Assembly: GCA_963830365.1 (NCBI GenBank)
Contig: CAWHMU010000041.1
Coordinates: 43,335 to 107,334, forward strand
Reading direction: 5' to 3'
DNA length: 64,000 bases
Source of the DNA: an uncultured Chlamydiae bacterium
Lineage (GTDB): Bacteria; Chlamydiota; Chlamydiia; Chlamydiales; Parachlamydiaceae
Positions within the stretch are counted from its first letter, which is position 1. Every line of letters starts with the position of its first letter. Of the stretch, positions 54,411 to 64,000 are shown piece by piece. A program made the position numbers and the translations under genes. Under the pieces are notes generated by a model, which was not told where the DNA came from, did not search any database, and worked only from the letters and a program-made list of their open reading frames with translations.

Positions 54411-54540
54411 TTAAAGACTCCTTTTAGGTTAAGGTCATGGTAAGTTCTCGAGTGCGTATGTTTAACAAAACGACTCTTTTGTGCCTGTCAAGAGTAGTTC
54501 AGGCTCTTGGCCGGCAGAAAAGAGGCATTTAGCTTGTCTT

Positions 54541-54783
54541 TCAGGGCATGCAATCGCTTCTGCAGCCCTCACCATCGATTTCGACGGGGGTGGCAGTGGC
54601 GCAGCCGCACATATGGGCTTTAGGGTATTCCTTTGGTTTGTGGTCGCAGCAAATTTTTTGGGGATGTGGGCGGGGGCGGCAGCAGCATGCATTTGTCTCC
54701 GGGCAGCAGCAGCCGGTCATGAGTATGCCCCAGCTACAGGCATATAAGAGGGAGATGACTTGCTTTAACATGCTGACTTTCAT
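54541..54783 (-). CDS. Small cysteine-rich lipoprotein between omcA and omcB
   Basis: Lipobox LMTG-C followed by CC and CCC clusters; 80 aa. Confidence 0.7.
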   Translation of the reverse strand: MKVSMLKQVISLLYACSWGILMTGCCCPETNACCCRPRPHPQKICCDHKPKEYPKAHMCGCATATPVEIDGEGCRSDCMP

Positions 54784-54845
54784 TGTTTGGGCTTCGCCTG
54801 TTTTTTAATCCACATTGGTGATTGCGACTTTATTTTTTTAATTAG

Positions 54846-54869
54846 ACAGGAAGGCTTGCGCCTTCCTGT
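54846..54869 (-). terminator. Stem-loop after omcA (partial terminator or stabiliser)
   Basis: ACAGGAAGGC-TTGC-GCCTTCCTGT; no clear U tract. Confidence 0.55.
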
Positions 54870-54894
54870 GCAGTTTTACCTTAACCTTCAGCTA

Positions 54895-55149
54895 CTAGTA
54901 GTTGCAGCTAGGTGGTGGGCAGCAAGGAGCTGGCTGTGGGCAGCAAGGAGCTGGTGGTGGGCAGCATACTGGTGGTGGACAGCATACTGGTTTGCATGGT
55001 GGAGGGCAACAAACAGCTCTTGGTGGTGGGCAGCATGGCTTTGGTGCACAGCATGGGTTGCTATCGCAGCAGCCGCAGCTTGTGAATAGCACAGCCGCTG
55101 TGCATAGGGCCGCCAATGAGGACATCATTTTGGATACGTTCATAATCAT
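54895..55149 (-). CDS. omcA: Small cysteine-rich lipoprotein OmcA
   Basis: Lipobox LFTS-C, CCPPP repeats, AGGAG RBS. Confidence 0.85.
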   Translation of the reverse strand: MIMNVSKMMSSLAALCTAAVLFTSCGCCDSNPCCAPKPCCPPPRAVCCPPPCKPVCCPPPVCCPPPAPCCPQPAPCCPPPSCNY

Positions 55150-55913
55150 ACTCCTATAGTTTTGGTGGTTTTTGTAAATTTAATTATCTACTTTCGTAAA
55201 ATTTTTCCGATTCTTGCATCATATGTGGGCGGCGTCAAGCTGGCCTCGGTTTAACAATAAATGATTAACCTTTTTAAATACGCCTTAGGAAATAATTCTG
55301 CCACAAGAATTTTTACATATCGGAAAATTTTTACTTGGCAATGAGTCTAAGTAATTGACCACCAAATTTTTAAAATAATTCCGCCCTAGTCAGGATTTTT
55401 GCACCGACAGCTGGTGTTTGTCGCTGAAAAATTGGAAAAAAGACGATAACCATTTTTCCAATCATTATGGACTGAAATTGTCAAATAAAAAGATGAGAAA
55501 GTATGGGCACACATTTTGGCAAGGTTTACCACCGAGGTACAGGGACAGCGATACTGGGACAAAGAGAATAGAAATATATAGGATGTGCATGCGTGGAAGC
55601 TGCCATCAAGCAGGCAGGCCTCAAGTTAACTTGATTTACATAGTTCAACCTGAGCACGTGTTATTTTAGTTTTCTGCGTCGCCGCGCTTCTGCGTTGAAG
55701 TTGATTCAATGATAGCCGGCAAGGTGCAATGAGAATACAAAATCCTCCGATGTCTTTGTCTTACGGCAATCAATCGCATAGACGCGGCGACACAGAGTAA
55801 ACCAGCTGTAGATTAGCATGTTATTTAGGAGACGTGATGACGCAGAGATGTTTGCTAATGATTCTCTGTGTCTCTATGTTGATTTTTTTGCTTGGGGGGG
55901 GGGGCGCTGCCGA

Positions 55914-56753
55914 TCAGACGCGGAGTTTGCCGGCCCAGCCTAACTTGGTGCGCAGGGTGGTGAAGTAGTCGTGATTGGGCATGCATACCAAGCGGAAGCT
56001 GCGCTTTGAGGGTGTGATATGCAGCGTGTCGCCGGTTGTCATGGCGGCGTTGGGGAAGCCGTCATAGCTGATTTCAATCGGCTGATGGGTGCTGATATAT
56101 TCCACGCGCACTTCATGTTCAGGCATAAGCACGATGGGCCGATTTGAGATGGTGTGGGGACAGATCGGGGTTAATACAAAAGCTTTAAGTTCAGGCGTGA
56201 CGATGGGTCCGCCGGCAGATAATGAGTAGGCGGTTGAGCCGCTGGGAGTGGCGATGATCATGCCGTCGGCAGAGAAGGTGTTGAGATAGCGATCGTCGAC
56301 ATAGATGGCCAGATCGATCAGACAGGGATTAGTGGCGCGATGGATGACAATATCATTTACGGCAAAGTTGACAGCATTATCCAGTCTTGCTTCCATGGCG
56401 ATGCGCGCTTGGATGCGGTAGTTGCCTTCCAGTAGATTTTTTAGGGAAGGGAAGATTTCATCGATGGTGATATCGGCCATGAAGCCCAGGCCGCCCATAT
56501 TGATAGGCATGATGGGGGCTTGGAGTTCTGGATGGCGTTGGATGAGCCGTAAAATTGTGCCATCGCCGCCCAAAGAGATGACGAAATCGACATCTTTGAT
56601 ATTTACGCTGGAAAGAGGTTTAGCGCCGATTAAGGCGACATTTTCATCCTCAGTCACCACGGTGATGTTTTGGCGACTAAGAAATTCGTTGATGCTGCGC
56701 GCGATATCACAAGTTTGGTTTTTGCTGGTATTTGGGAAGATGGCGATGATCAT
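55914..56753 (-). CDS. nadK: NAD kinase
   Basis: SLGGDGTIL, GGLGF, ND, DGMIIATPSGSTAYSLSAGG. Confidence 0.96.
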   Translation of the reverse strand: MIIAIFPNTSKNQTCDIARSINEFLSRQNITVVTEDENVALIGAKPLSSVNIKDVDFVISLGGDGTILRLIQRHPELQAPIMPINMGGLGFMADITIDEIFPSLKNLLEGNYRIQARIAMEARLDNAVNFAVNDIVIHRATNPCLIDLAIYVDDRYLNTFSADGMIIATPSGSTAYSLSAGGPIVTPELKAFVLTPICPHTISNRPIVLMPEHEVRVEYISTHQPIEISYDGFPNAAMTTGDTLHITPSKRSFRLVCMPNHDYFTTLRTKLGWAGKLRV

Positions 56754-56757
56754 CTTA

Positions 56758-58674
56758 TTAACCTCTGGTATGGGCAAGAGCTGCAGCCGGTAGTGGCTGC
56801 GCTAGGCGGAAGCGGAGGACTAGCTGGTGGTAGATTTTTTGGGCGGTCAGTCCTAGTTCATCCAGCAGCTGAGCGTGTGAGCCCTGTTCGACAAAGGTTT
56901 CGGGAATACCGAAATTTGCTACCTGCACATTGTTATAGCCGTGCGATATCAGGAAATTGTTGATGATTGATCCCATGCCCGAGGCCAGCGAGTGCTCTTC
57001 GATGGTGACGATGCGTTGATGTGTCAGCAGCAGCTTGCACAGCAGTTCTGTATCCAGCGGTTTGACAAAGATCGGATCCATGACTGTTGCCGAAATGCCG
57101 TCGGCGGCGAGGAGATCGCGCAGCTGCAGGGAGGTAGAGACCATATGCCCAAGGCCAATGATGAGTACATCTGAGCCTTCAGCCACTATTTCTCCTTTGC
57201 CCAGTTCACGGTAGGTAAGCGGCAGCTCTGCTTCATCGGTAGCAATATTGGGATAGCGGATGGCGCTTGGGCGCCCCCAAGAAAAGCATGACTCCAACAA
57301 TTCCTTGAGGAGATGGCCATTGCGCGGCTGGCTGATCACCATATTGGGCATGGCATTCAGAAAGGAGATATCATAGATCCCGTTATGGGTAGAGCCGTCA
57401 GGTCCGGCCAGGCCGGCGCGGTCGATAGCAAAGACTACCGGCAATTCCTGCAGACAGACATCGTGGAATAAGTTGTCGAAGGCGCGCTGCAGGAAGGTTG
57501 AATAGATGGAAGCTACCACTTTCATTTTGCGGCCATAGGCCAGGCCGCCGCAGAAGGTGACGGCATGACCTTCGGCGATGCCGACATCAAGGCAGCGGTC
57601 GGGAAATTTCTTCATGAAATCTTCGAGCATCGAGCCGGCGGACATAGCGGGGGTAATGGCGAGCAGGCTGGGATCCCTTTCGGCCATCTTAAGCAGGTGT
57701 GTGCCGAAGATTTTGGGGAAGGAGGGTTTTACTGAGGGTACGGGTAAGAACTTGCCGGTGCCGATATCAAAAGGTTTAGCGCCGTGGTAGGAGACCGGAT
57801 TTTTGATGGCCTCATCCATGCCTTGGCCTTTTTTAGTCAGCACATGCAGGATCACCGGCCATTCGGAATCTTTGAGAGCGGTGAGGGTGTCGACGAGTTT
57901 TTTGATGTCATGTCCGTCGATTGGGCCGATATAAGAGAGTCCATATTGTTCGAAGAAGGGAGCCGGGCTGACCAGATTCTTAAGCGATTCGGTGATTTTA
58001 TGTCCTTTCTTGGCCAGCATGGCGCCGTAGCTTGGGATTTTGGAGACGATGGCATCGAGGTCGTGGTGGATTTTGTCGATGGTGGGGTTGCTGAGCAGGC
58101 GGCTTAATATGTGTGTGATGGCGCCGACATTTTTAGATATCGACATGGCATTGTCATTCAAGATGACGATGAAGCGCTTTAAATCGCGTGGGATGTTGTT
58201 TAGGGCTTCAAGCGACATGCCGCAGGTGAGGGTGGCATCGCCGATGACGGGGATGACATGTTCCTGGCGTTTAGTGAGGTCGCGGTTTTTGGCGACACCC
58301 AAAGCCAGTGATAGGGCGGTGCCGGCATGGCCGGCTAAAAAATGATCGTGGGGGGATTCTTTGGGATGGCTGAAGCCGCATAGCCCTTTGTGCTTGCGGA
58401 TGGTATCGAAGGAGGCATTGCGGCCGGTCAGAAGCTTGTGGGTGTAAGTTTGGTGGCTTACGTCCCAGATTAATTTGTCGTCGGGGGAGTTAAAGACCTT
58501 GTGCAGGGCAATGGTTAGTTCGACCGAACCTAAATTTGATGCCAGATGTCCGCCATTATGCGACATGGTGCCGATGATACGTTGCCGTATTTCGCTGGCC
58601 AGCTCGATGAGCCTGGGCGTGTCCAAGTCTTTGATGTCGGCGGGAGAGCAAATAGTCGAGAGTAGTTCACGCAT
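56758..58674 (-). CDS. dxs: 1-deoxy-D-xylulose-5-phosphate synthase
   Basis: [21 protein letters not shown]...[21 protein letters not shown]. Confidence 0.97.
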   Translation of the reverse strand: MRELLSTICSPADIKDLDTPRLIELASEIRQRIIGTMSHNGGHLASNLGSVELTIALHKVFNSPDDKLIWDVSHQTYTHKLLTGRNASFDTIRKHKGLCGFSHPKESPHDHFLAGHAGTALSLALGVAKNRDLTKRQEHVIPVIGDATLTCGMSLEALNNIPRDLKRFIVILNDNAMSISKNVGAITHILSRLLSNPTIDKIHHDLDAIVSKIPSYGAMLAKKGHKITESLKNLVSPAPFFEQYGLSYIGPIDGHDIKKLVDTLTALKDSEWPVILHVLTKKGQGMDEAIKNPVSYHGAKPFDIGTGKFLPVPSVKPSFPKIFGTHLLKMAERDPSLLAITPAMSAGSMLEDFMKKFPDRCLDVGIAEGHAVTFCGGLAYGRKMKVVASIYSTFLQRAFDNLFHDVCLQELPVVFAIDRAGLAGPDGSTHNGIYDISFLNAMPNMVISQPRNGHLLKELLESCFSWGRPSAIRYPNIATDEAELPLTYRELGKGEIVAEGSDVLIIGLGHMVSTSLQLRDLLAADGISATVMDPIFVKPLDTELLCKLLLTHQRIVTIEEHSLASGMGSIINNFLISHGYNNVQVANFGIPETFVEQGSHAQLLDELGLTAQKIYHQLVLRFRLAQPLPAAALAHTRG

Positions 58675-58682
58675 TAAAATCC

Positions 58683-58976
58683 TTACTTAGCTCCGGAGCC
58701 GGGTTGGTTGGGAAAATTGAAATCTTGGGTCGTTGGCTTATCGTTGGCCAAGGCCAGGTCGCCGCTGCGATTTTTGATCAGGACTTCGATTTTGCGTTCG
58801 GCATCATTGAGCCGCTTGCTGCAGATGTTGATCAGCGCATCGGCTTCTTCATAAAGTTTTAGCGATTCATCGAGGCTGATGGTACCGGAATTCATCTTTT
58901 CCAAAATGGCTTCCAGACGCGCGAAGGCCGCTTCGAAAGGCATGTCAGTGGGTGTATTAGCTTTTTGTGTATTCAC
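58683..58976 (-). CDS. xseB: Exodeoxyribonuclease VII small subunit
   Basis: [12 protein letters not shown]...[11 protein letters not shown]. Confidence 0.93.
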   Translation of the reverse strand: MNTQKANTPTDMPFEAAFARLEAILEKMNSGTISLDESLKLYEEADALINICSKRLNDAERKIEVLIKNRSGDLALANDKPTTQDFNFPNQPGSGAK

Positions 58977-59013
58977 AGGCTATCACTATCCAATAGGGGG
59001 TTGCTTGCGGGGG

Positions 59014-60504
59014 TTATTTGGGCTTGATATCATTAATCGTTGTTAACAAATCGCCATCACTTAACTGGACCCGCACATTTTGGTGTTTCTTTACAGAGTG
59101 TACAGTAGTTATAGCTGAATTATCGATTTCCGAAAAGAGAATACAGTATCCTTTTAGCAATAGATTTTTTGGATTTATGGTATCAAGGGAATCCTTTAAA
59201 CGTCTGAGGCGCTCTTGCTTATCTGCCAGATTGCGCTGCCATAGTCCATCAAGCAGCTTTTGTTTGACTACAGCCTGGAATAACGAGCGACGGGTCTGCT
59301 GCTTGCTGCGCCAGGCGTGAGCCAGCACGCCTGCTGCATGCGTCACTGAGGCCGTTAAGGCTTTTGTTTTGGCGAGCATCGAGCTCTGCAAGCTGCGCTC
59401 CAAGGCGATCAGTTTTTGGCGGTAGTGGCCTAATCTTGCAGTCGGCTTTAAGGATAGCAGCAGCTGGCGTTTCCCATCCAGTCGCATTTTGCTTTTGGAC
59501 AGGCTTTGCCTGGCGGCATCATCCATTTGCTGGCGCACGCCGTCGAGGCGCTGAACCCAGCTGCCGAGGATGCCGAATGGTGTCTGCAGCAGCGGATGGC
59601 GGGTGACACTCTGCAGGCGCAGGCGGTCGTGGCGGATAAGCTGTACCACGGTCTGCTGCATGCGCCGCTGCAGTTGAGCTAGGTGGTTTAATTGCTGGGC
59701 TTTTTCGGCGATCACAAGTTCTGCCGCCGCCGATGGCGTGGGCGCGCGTACATCGGCCACGTAGTCGGCGATGCAATGGTCTGATTCGTGGCCGACGGCC
59801 GAAATTACCGGGATGCGGCTATTGAAAATGGCTTCGGCGACGATCTCTTCATTGAAGGCCCACAGGTCTTCGATGCTGCCGCCGCCGCGGCCGACGATCA
59901 TGACATCGACCAGATGGTAGCGGTTGAATTGCTCGATAGCCTGCGCAATCTCTTTGGCGGCGCCTTCGCCCTGCACACGCACCGGATTGATGATCAGGTG
60001 GAAGCCTGAAAAACGCCGCGACAAGATGTTCAGGATATCCTGGATGGCAGCTCCCGTCGGACTTGTCACCACGCCGATGCATTTGGGGAATTTTGGCAGC
60101 GGCCGCTTGCGCTCGCTGCGGAACCAGCCCATTTTGTGGAGTTTGATTTTAAGCTCTTCGAGTTTAAGCAGCAGTTCGCCAAGGCCGACCGGACGCAGCT
60201 CGCGCACCAGGATCTGGTATTTGCCGCCGGCGGGGAAGACGTTGATTTCGCCCCTGACGATGACTTGGGTGCCGTCCTTAGGGAGGGTTTTGAGGGCGGC
60301 GGCGTCGGGACGGAACATCACGGCTGAAATCTGGGCGTTATTGTCTTTCAGCGAAAAGTAGAGGTGGCCGGAAGTATGCGGCTTGCAGTTGCTGATCTCT
60401 CCTTGCAGCCAGACGAGCGGGAAGGTCGTTTCAAGGCAATGCTTGATGGCATGGCTGAGCTGGGACACGGTCAGAATAGGAGCTTCTTGAGATGGCGTGG
60501 TCAT
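59014..60504 (-). CDS. xseA: Exodeoxyribonuclease VII large subunit
   Basis: SGHLYFSLKD, VTSPTGAA, RGGGSIEDL, GHESD, TPSAAAE. Confidence 0.97.
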   Translation of the reverse strand: MTTPSQEAPILTVSQLSHAIKHCLETTFPLVWLQGEISNCKPHTSGHLYFSLKDNNAQISAVMFRPDAAALKTLPKDGTQVIVRGEINVFPAGGKYQILVRELRPVGLGELLLKLEELKIKLHKMGWFRSERKRPLPKFPKCIGVVTSPTGAAIQDILNILSRRFSGFHLIINPVRVQGEGAAKEIAQAIEQFNRYHLVDVMIVGRGGGSIEDLWAFNEEIVAEAIFNSRIPVISAVGHESDHCIADYVADVRAPTPSAAAELVIAEKAQQLNHLAQLQRRMQQTVVQLIRHDRLRLQSVTRHPLLQTPFGILGSWVQRLDGVRQQMDDAARQSLSKSKMRLDGKRQLLLSLKPTARLGHYRQKLIALERSLQSSMLAKTKALTASVTHAAGVLAHAWRSKQQTRRSLFQAVVKQKLLDGLWQRNLADKQERLRRLKDSLDTINPKNLLLKGYCILFSEIDNSAITTVHSVKKHQNVRVQLSDGDLLTTINDIKPK

Positions 60505-60513
60505 GCCATTATC

Positions 60514-60954
60514 TTAAGACATATCGGCTTTAATAAGCTGCTGATTTTTGAGGTGCTCGAGTCCGACATTTTCAATCAGCGTCTCGATGCAGGTGAAAAG
60601 CGGCTGCGGCAGCTCTTCCCAACTATACCAGTCCCAGCTTTCACATTTATCAGGCTCCATCACTTGCGGCGTACCCGAAAATTCAGTCACAAACATAAAC
60701 AGGGTGACGTAGTGCTTATGGCCATCGAACACGTCATTGGTCCATGGTCCGGGCGTAATGGCTATGGCGATCAGCCCCGTCTCTTCTAGCAATTCGCGGC
60801 AGGCGCAGGCTGCCGGCGTCTCGCCAAATTCCAGGTGTCCGCCGGGGAAGGCAAAGTGGCCTGCGCCGTGCGATCCTTTGCGCTTGCCGATTAAAACCTT
60901 ATTGTCTTTATATACAATGACGCCAATGCCGACTTTAGGGTGTTCTTTTTGCAT
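60514..60954 (-). CDS. Nudix hydrolase (NUDT15/MutT-like)
   Basis: GGHLEFGE...RELLEETGL Nudix box; EPDKC motif. Confidence 0.9.
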   Translation of the reverse strand: MQKEHPKVGIGVIVYKDNKVLIGKRKGSHGAGHFAFPGGHLEFGETPAACACRELLEETGLIAIAITPGPWTNDVFDGHKHYVTLFMFVTEFSGTPQVMEPDKCESWDWYSWEELPQPLFTCIETLIENVGLEHLKNQQLIKADMS

Positions 60955-60958
60955 AGCA

Positions 60959-62170
60959 TTAATCCATTAAAAGTTTTGACGCGGACTCATCCATGGCGCC
61001 GATTCGGTCTTTATAAAAGCCGAGGGCCAGTAATAATGAGACCACACTGCAGGCGGTGACAATGGCTGCGGTAGAAAGCAGCGCGCCGGCATACAGACTG
61101 CCTGCCAACTGTACGCTAAGTGCGCAGAAGAACGTGCGCATAGACATCAGCAACGACGACGCCGGTCCGTTCTTATCGGCCACCACTGATAGCGAGGCGG
61201 CAAAGACGATGGCGAAGGGGATGGCGCAGCAGGCGGCAAAGAGGCACATCAAAGGCGTGATCAGGTATACCGAGGGGATGTTTTCAATCAGGGACAGCAC
61301 GAGTAGGGTGGTGATGCTCAGGACTGACACCAGCGAGCCGAAAAGCACTGATTTCACATCGCCAAAATAGGCCGCGATGCGGTTGGCGTAAAAGCTGACC
61401 AAAGAAAAGGCGGCAATGATAGCGGCCTGATGCCAGGAGAATTCGCTGAGTGACATGCCCAATTTGTCGCGATAAAGAAAGGGGATCACCGAGACAAAGG
61501 CCATATAGCCCCCCGCCAGCAGGGTGGGCACGAGCGAACTTTGCAGAAAGCGGAAAGATGATATCAATGTCATATAGTCCTTGATGGCACCTTTTATCTG
61601 CACCGGCTGCCCAGGGCGCGTTTCAGGGAGGTAGAAGTAGAGCAGTGCCAGCTGCATAAGGGTCATGCCGGCAATGAAGGTGTAGCAGGAGCTCCAGCCG
61701 AAATAGACGTTGAGGTAGCCGCCAAGGATCGGCGATAAGGCCATGGTGGCCGTCAGGATGGCATTCAGTCTGCCGATCCAATGCGTGGCTGCGTTATCTT
61801 TATAGGCATCTGACAGCATGGTGAACACCACTACAAAAGAGCCTGCCGCGCCCAGGCCCTGCACAAAACGCGACACCAGGATCATCTCGATTGACGCCGA
61901 GAGCGAACAGCTCAAACTTCCCACCAGGAACAGCAGCGTGCCGAGCAGCAGGATCGGGCGTCTGCCGAAGCGGTCCGACAGCGGTCCGTAAAAGAGCGCC
62001 GACAGGCAGAAGCCTAGGAAATTGATGCTGATGGTGCCTTCCACTACCTGCTCCGAGACAGAAAAGGCGCGCGCAATGTCGGGAAAGCTGGGCAGCGAAA
62101 GCTCGATCTCCATGGCCGCCGACACGGCCGAAAAAATCAGCAGGAAGGGGAAGTATTTACCAAGTTTCAT
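60959..62170 (-). CDS. MFS drug-efflux transporter, Bcr/CflA family
   Basis: LPSFPDIA, YGPLSDRFGRRP, RFVQGLG, LPET; about 12 TM segments. Confidence 0.9.
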   Translation of the reverse strand: MKLGKYFPFLLIFSAVSAAMEIELSLPSFPDIARAFSVSEQVVEGTISINFLGFCLSALFYGPLSDRFGRRPILLLGTLLFLVGSLSCSLSASIEMILVSRFVQGLGAAGSFVVVFTMLSDAYKDNAATHWIGRLNAILTATMALSPILGGYLNVYFGWSSCYTFIAGMTLMQLALLYFYLPETRPGQPVQIKGAIKDYMTLISSFRFLQSSLVPTLLAGGYMAFVSVIPFLYRDKLGMSLSEFSWHQAAIIAAFSLVSFYANRIAAYFGDVKSVLFGSLVSVLSITTLLVLSLIENIPSVYLITPLMCLFAACCAIPFAIVFAASLSVVADKNGPASSLLMSMRTFFCALSVQLAGSLYAGALLSTAAIVTACSVVSLLLALGFYKDRIGAMDESASKLLMD

Positions 62171-62483
62171 GGTTTTACCGATGAGTTAATTTACTAAGCT
62201 AAATATGCTATAATGTAATGAGTTAAATGTAAATGTGATTTTTAAAAAACTAAGCCAAAGATGGTGCAGGTTCAAAGCCATCGACTGTGGTTGCGTTTCG
62301 TCGCTGTGTTTTCTCTGCGTCTCTGCGTTGGATTTTCTTAAGTGTTTTACTGAAAAACACTTGAACCATTGTAATGGGTTAATAAGCCATGCATCCCTCT
62401 CAACGCAGACGCAACAAGAGTGGAATATAGATTTTTACGCTTTAGTAGTGTATTGCCCTTGAGTTGTCATGGCAGGGGTAATG

Positions 62484-63515
62484 CTAGCGGTATTTTCGTT
62501 GTATTTGGCCTCTGGCAAGCGGCCTGATGGTTGGTGAGTCGAGGGGCTTAGGGGGTTCTATAACTATGACGGTTTTGGGTGGCGAAGATGGCGTCGGCAA
62601 GGTCCTGAACCTGAATGATGGCTTATCTAGCGCCCTTATGCCAGCGCTAGCAGCCCGCATGTCATTAGCTGGTGTAATATCAGCGCTGGGGTTATGGCTG
62701 GAAAGGGAGGCTAGGTGAAGATCCTCAGATGTCACTGTCGCGGCTCGTTTTGCCCTATTTACCACCCTTGTGACATGGATTTGGTTATCCTTGCATTCGC
62801 TGCCGGCAAGGGGAGTCGTCGGCACCTTTGTAGCTGCCACCATGTCTGCAAACAGCTTTTCCGTATTGGTGATGCTTTCTAAAGTTGTTTCCAAAAGGCT
62901 TTTCAAATGTTTTGTGATGAGTATGGCTTTAAGACCATTGACTGCCGTTTCCTTAGCTTCGTTAAGTTTCATTAGATTTAATAATGATTGAGATCTGTAA
63001 TAGCATAGCGTAGCCTTTCTATCGCCATAGAAGGATGGGAGTTCATGCGCGTTTCTAGTAACTCCAACCACTGCTGCATAGTCACCTTGTTCGTAAAGGC
63101 AATGACTGAGGTGACTGTACAGATTTAATGTTAGATAATAGTGTTCTGGATCGAGATCGATCTTTAGCCCCTCTATAGCCGCAGCCTCGGCCTCAGTAAT
63201 CTTGTGCTGGCATATGAGTGCATCAGCCAGACGGTTATATGCTTCGGCATTTAACTTGTTGTCAGTCAGTTTGTTGTTAAGTATGTTTCTGGCCATAATT
63301 TCACTCACCTTGTGCTTCTCTGCCGGATCAAGCCACGCTTGAGCTGCGTCATCACTGTTTTTGGTCAGGTCGGTGATTTTTGTGAGATCGATGGCCTGTC
63401 CCCGGCCTGCTTGGTATTGGGTTAGTCGTGGTTTTTTAGGCTGCAGTTGTGCTTCGGAAATAGGAAGATTGGTATGTAATTGAGTATGAACTAACGGGGA
63501 GAATGTTACTGACAT
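62484..63515 (-). CDS. TPR-like putative secreted protein with a basic motif and an S/P-rich tail
   Basis: PKKPR near the N-terminus; three helical TPR-like repeats. Confidence 0.6.
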   Translation of the reverse strand: MSVTFSPLVHTQLHTNLPISEAQLQPKKPRLTQYQAGRGQAIDLTKITDLTKNSDDAAQAWLDPAEKHKVSEIMARNILNNKLTDNKLNAEAYNRLADALICQHKITEAEAAAIEGLKIDLDPEHYYLTLNLYSHLSHCLYEQGDYAAVVGVTRNAHELPSFYGDRKATLCYYRSQSLLNLMKLNEAKETAVNGLKAILITKHLKSLLETTLESITNTEKLFADMVAATKVPTTPLAGSECKDNQIHVTRVVNRAKRAATVTSEDLHLASLSSHNPSADITPANDMRAASAGIRALDKPSFRFRTLPTPSSPPKTVIVIEPPKPLDSPTIRPLARGQIQRKYR

Positions 63516-63732
63516 TTTAAATTCCTTATGTCGGTGGATATATTAAGTATTTAATATAAAGTTAAACTGTAGTTTGAATAGACGTTAATTTGCAACTGTT
63601 TTATCCGGCTAGCCGGTGAAAAGCTCGCTATCTTGATAACTTCTTTAAATACCTCATTTCCCGTAAGAATTATAACTAGGTACAATATAAGTCATTAAAC
63701 AACAATGCTTTGACACTTAACTTTAAAACTTC

Positions 63733-63776
63733 TTTCCTTTTTTCATGGTTATAATTATAACCATGAAAAAAGGAAA
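63733..63776. repeat. Perfect 44-bp palindrome covering the transposase RBS
   Basis: TTTCCTTTTTTCATGGTTATAATTATAACCATGAAAAAAGGAAA. Confidence 0.9.
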
Positions 63777-63780
63777 TCAT

Positions 63781-64000
63781 ATGACCTATCGAGTACATCA
63801 GATAAACAAGAAAACTGGCATTACATATGTTTATGAGGCTGTTTCATGCTGGGATAAGAAAAAAAAACAAGCGCGCAATAAACAGGTGTGCATTGGCAAA
63901 CTTGATCCTGCCAACGGAGAATTCGTTCCGGCTAAGCGTCTTGCGCCTGAACAAGCTGCTGTTAGAGATCCGATTGTCACAGCATCTGCCGAGATAGTAG
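63781..64000 (+). CDS. IS1634-like transposase N-terminus (cut by the window end)
   Basis: KKTGITYVYEAVSCWDKKKKQARNKQVCIGKLDP is typical of IS1634-family N-termini. Confidence 0.7.
   Translation, partial: MTYRVHQINKKTGITYVYEAVSCWDKKKKQARNKQVCIGKLDPANGEFVPAKRLAPEQAAVRDPIVTASAEIV

Noticed and set aside
53934..55159. Gly/His/Gln-rich or Trp-rich plus-strand ORFs
   Set aside because: Antisense shadows of the Cys/Pro repeats of omcA and omcB

Overview
This is a chromosomal window from an environmental member of the Chlamydiae (Parachlamydiales-like), judged from omcA/omcB, Pkn1, the chlamydial-type YidC next to dnaA, and the gene orders DUF721-gyrB-gyrA-tmk-holB and xseA-xseB-dxs. Housekeeping blocks alternate with AT-richer accessory stretches. 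These carry putative secreted effectors (a C58-like protease, an ankyrin plus cysteine-protease-like protein, PP2C, a lipase, a sphingomyelinase-like EEP, a permuted NlpC/P60-like protein and a four-member paralogue family), five IS elements and at least five families of palindromic REP/MITE-like repeats. The strongest finding is an IS110-family element (17523-19340) inserted at an exact AGC core inside a ~480-bp MITE-like host repeat, whose empty copy lies at 50022-50505. The 3' non-coding end of the IS has two parallel stem/internal-loop modules. One holds a copy of the left target sequence (TTTGTAGC) and the other a copy of the element's own right end (TCGGAAG), which fits a candidate bridge/seek RNA programmed against the MITE. 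Also present are an unclassified 1742-bp DDE-type IS inserted in a GGGGTCTGACCCC palindrome and two near-identical IS3 copies that each disrupt a gene. Frameshifts in essential genes (yidC, gyrB) suggest indel errors in the assembly, so pseudogene calls based only on frameshifts are unreliable.
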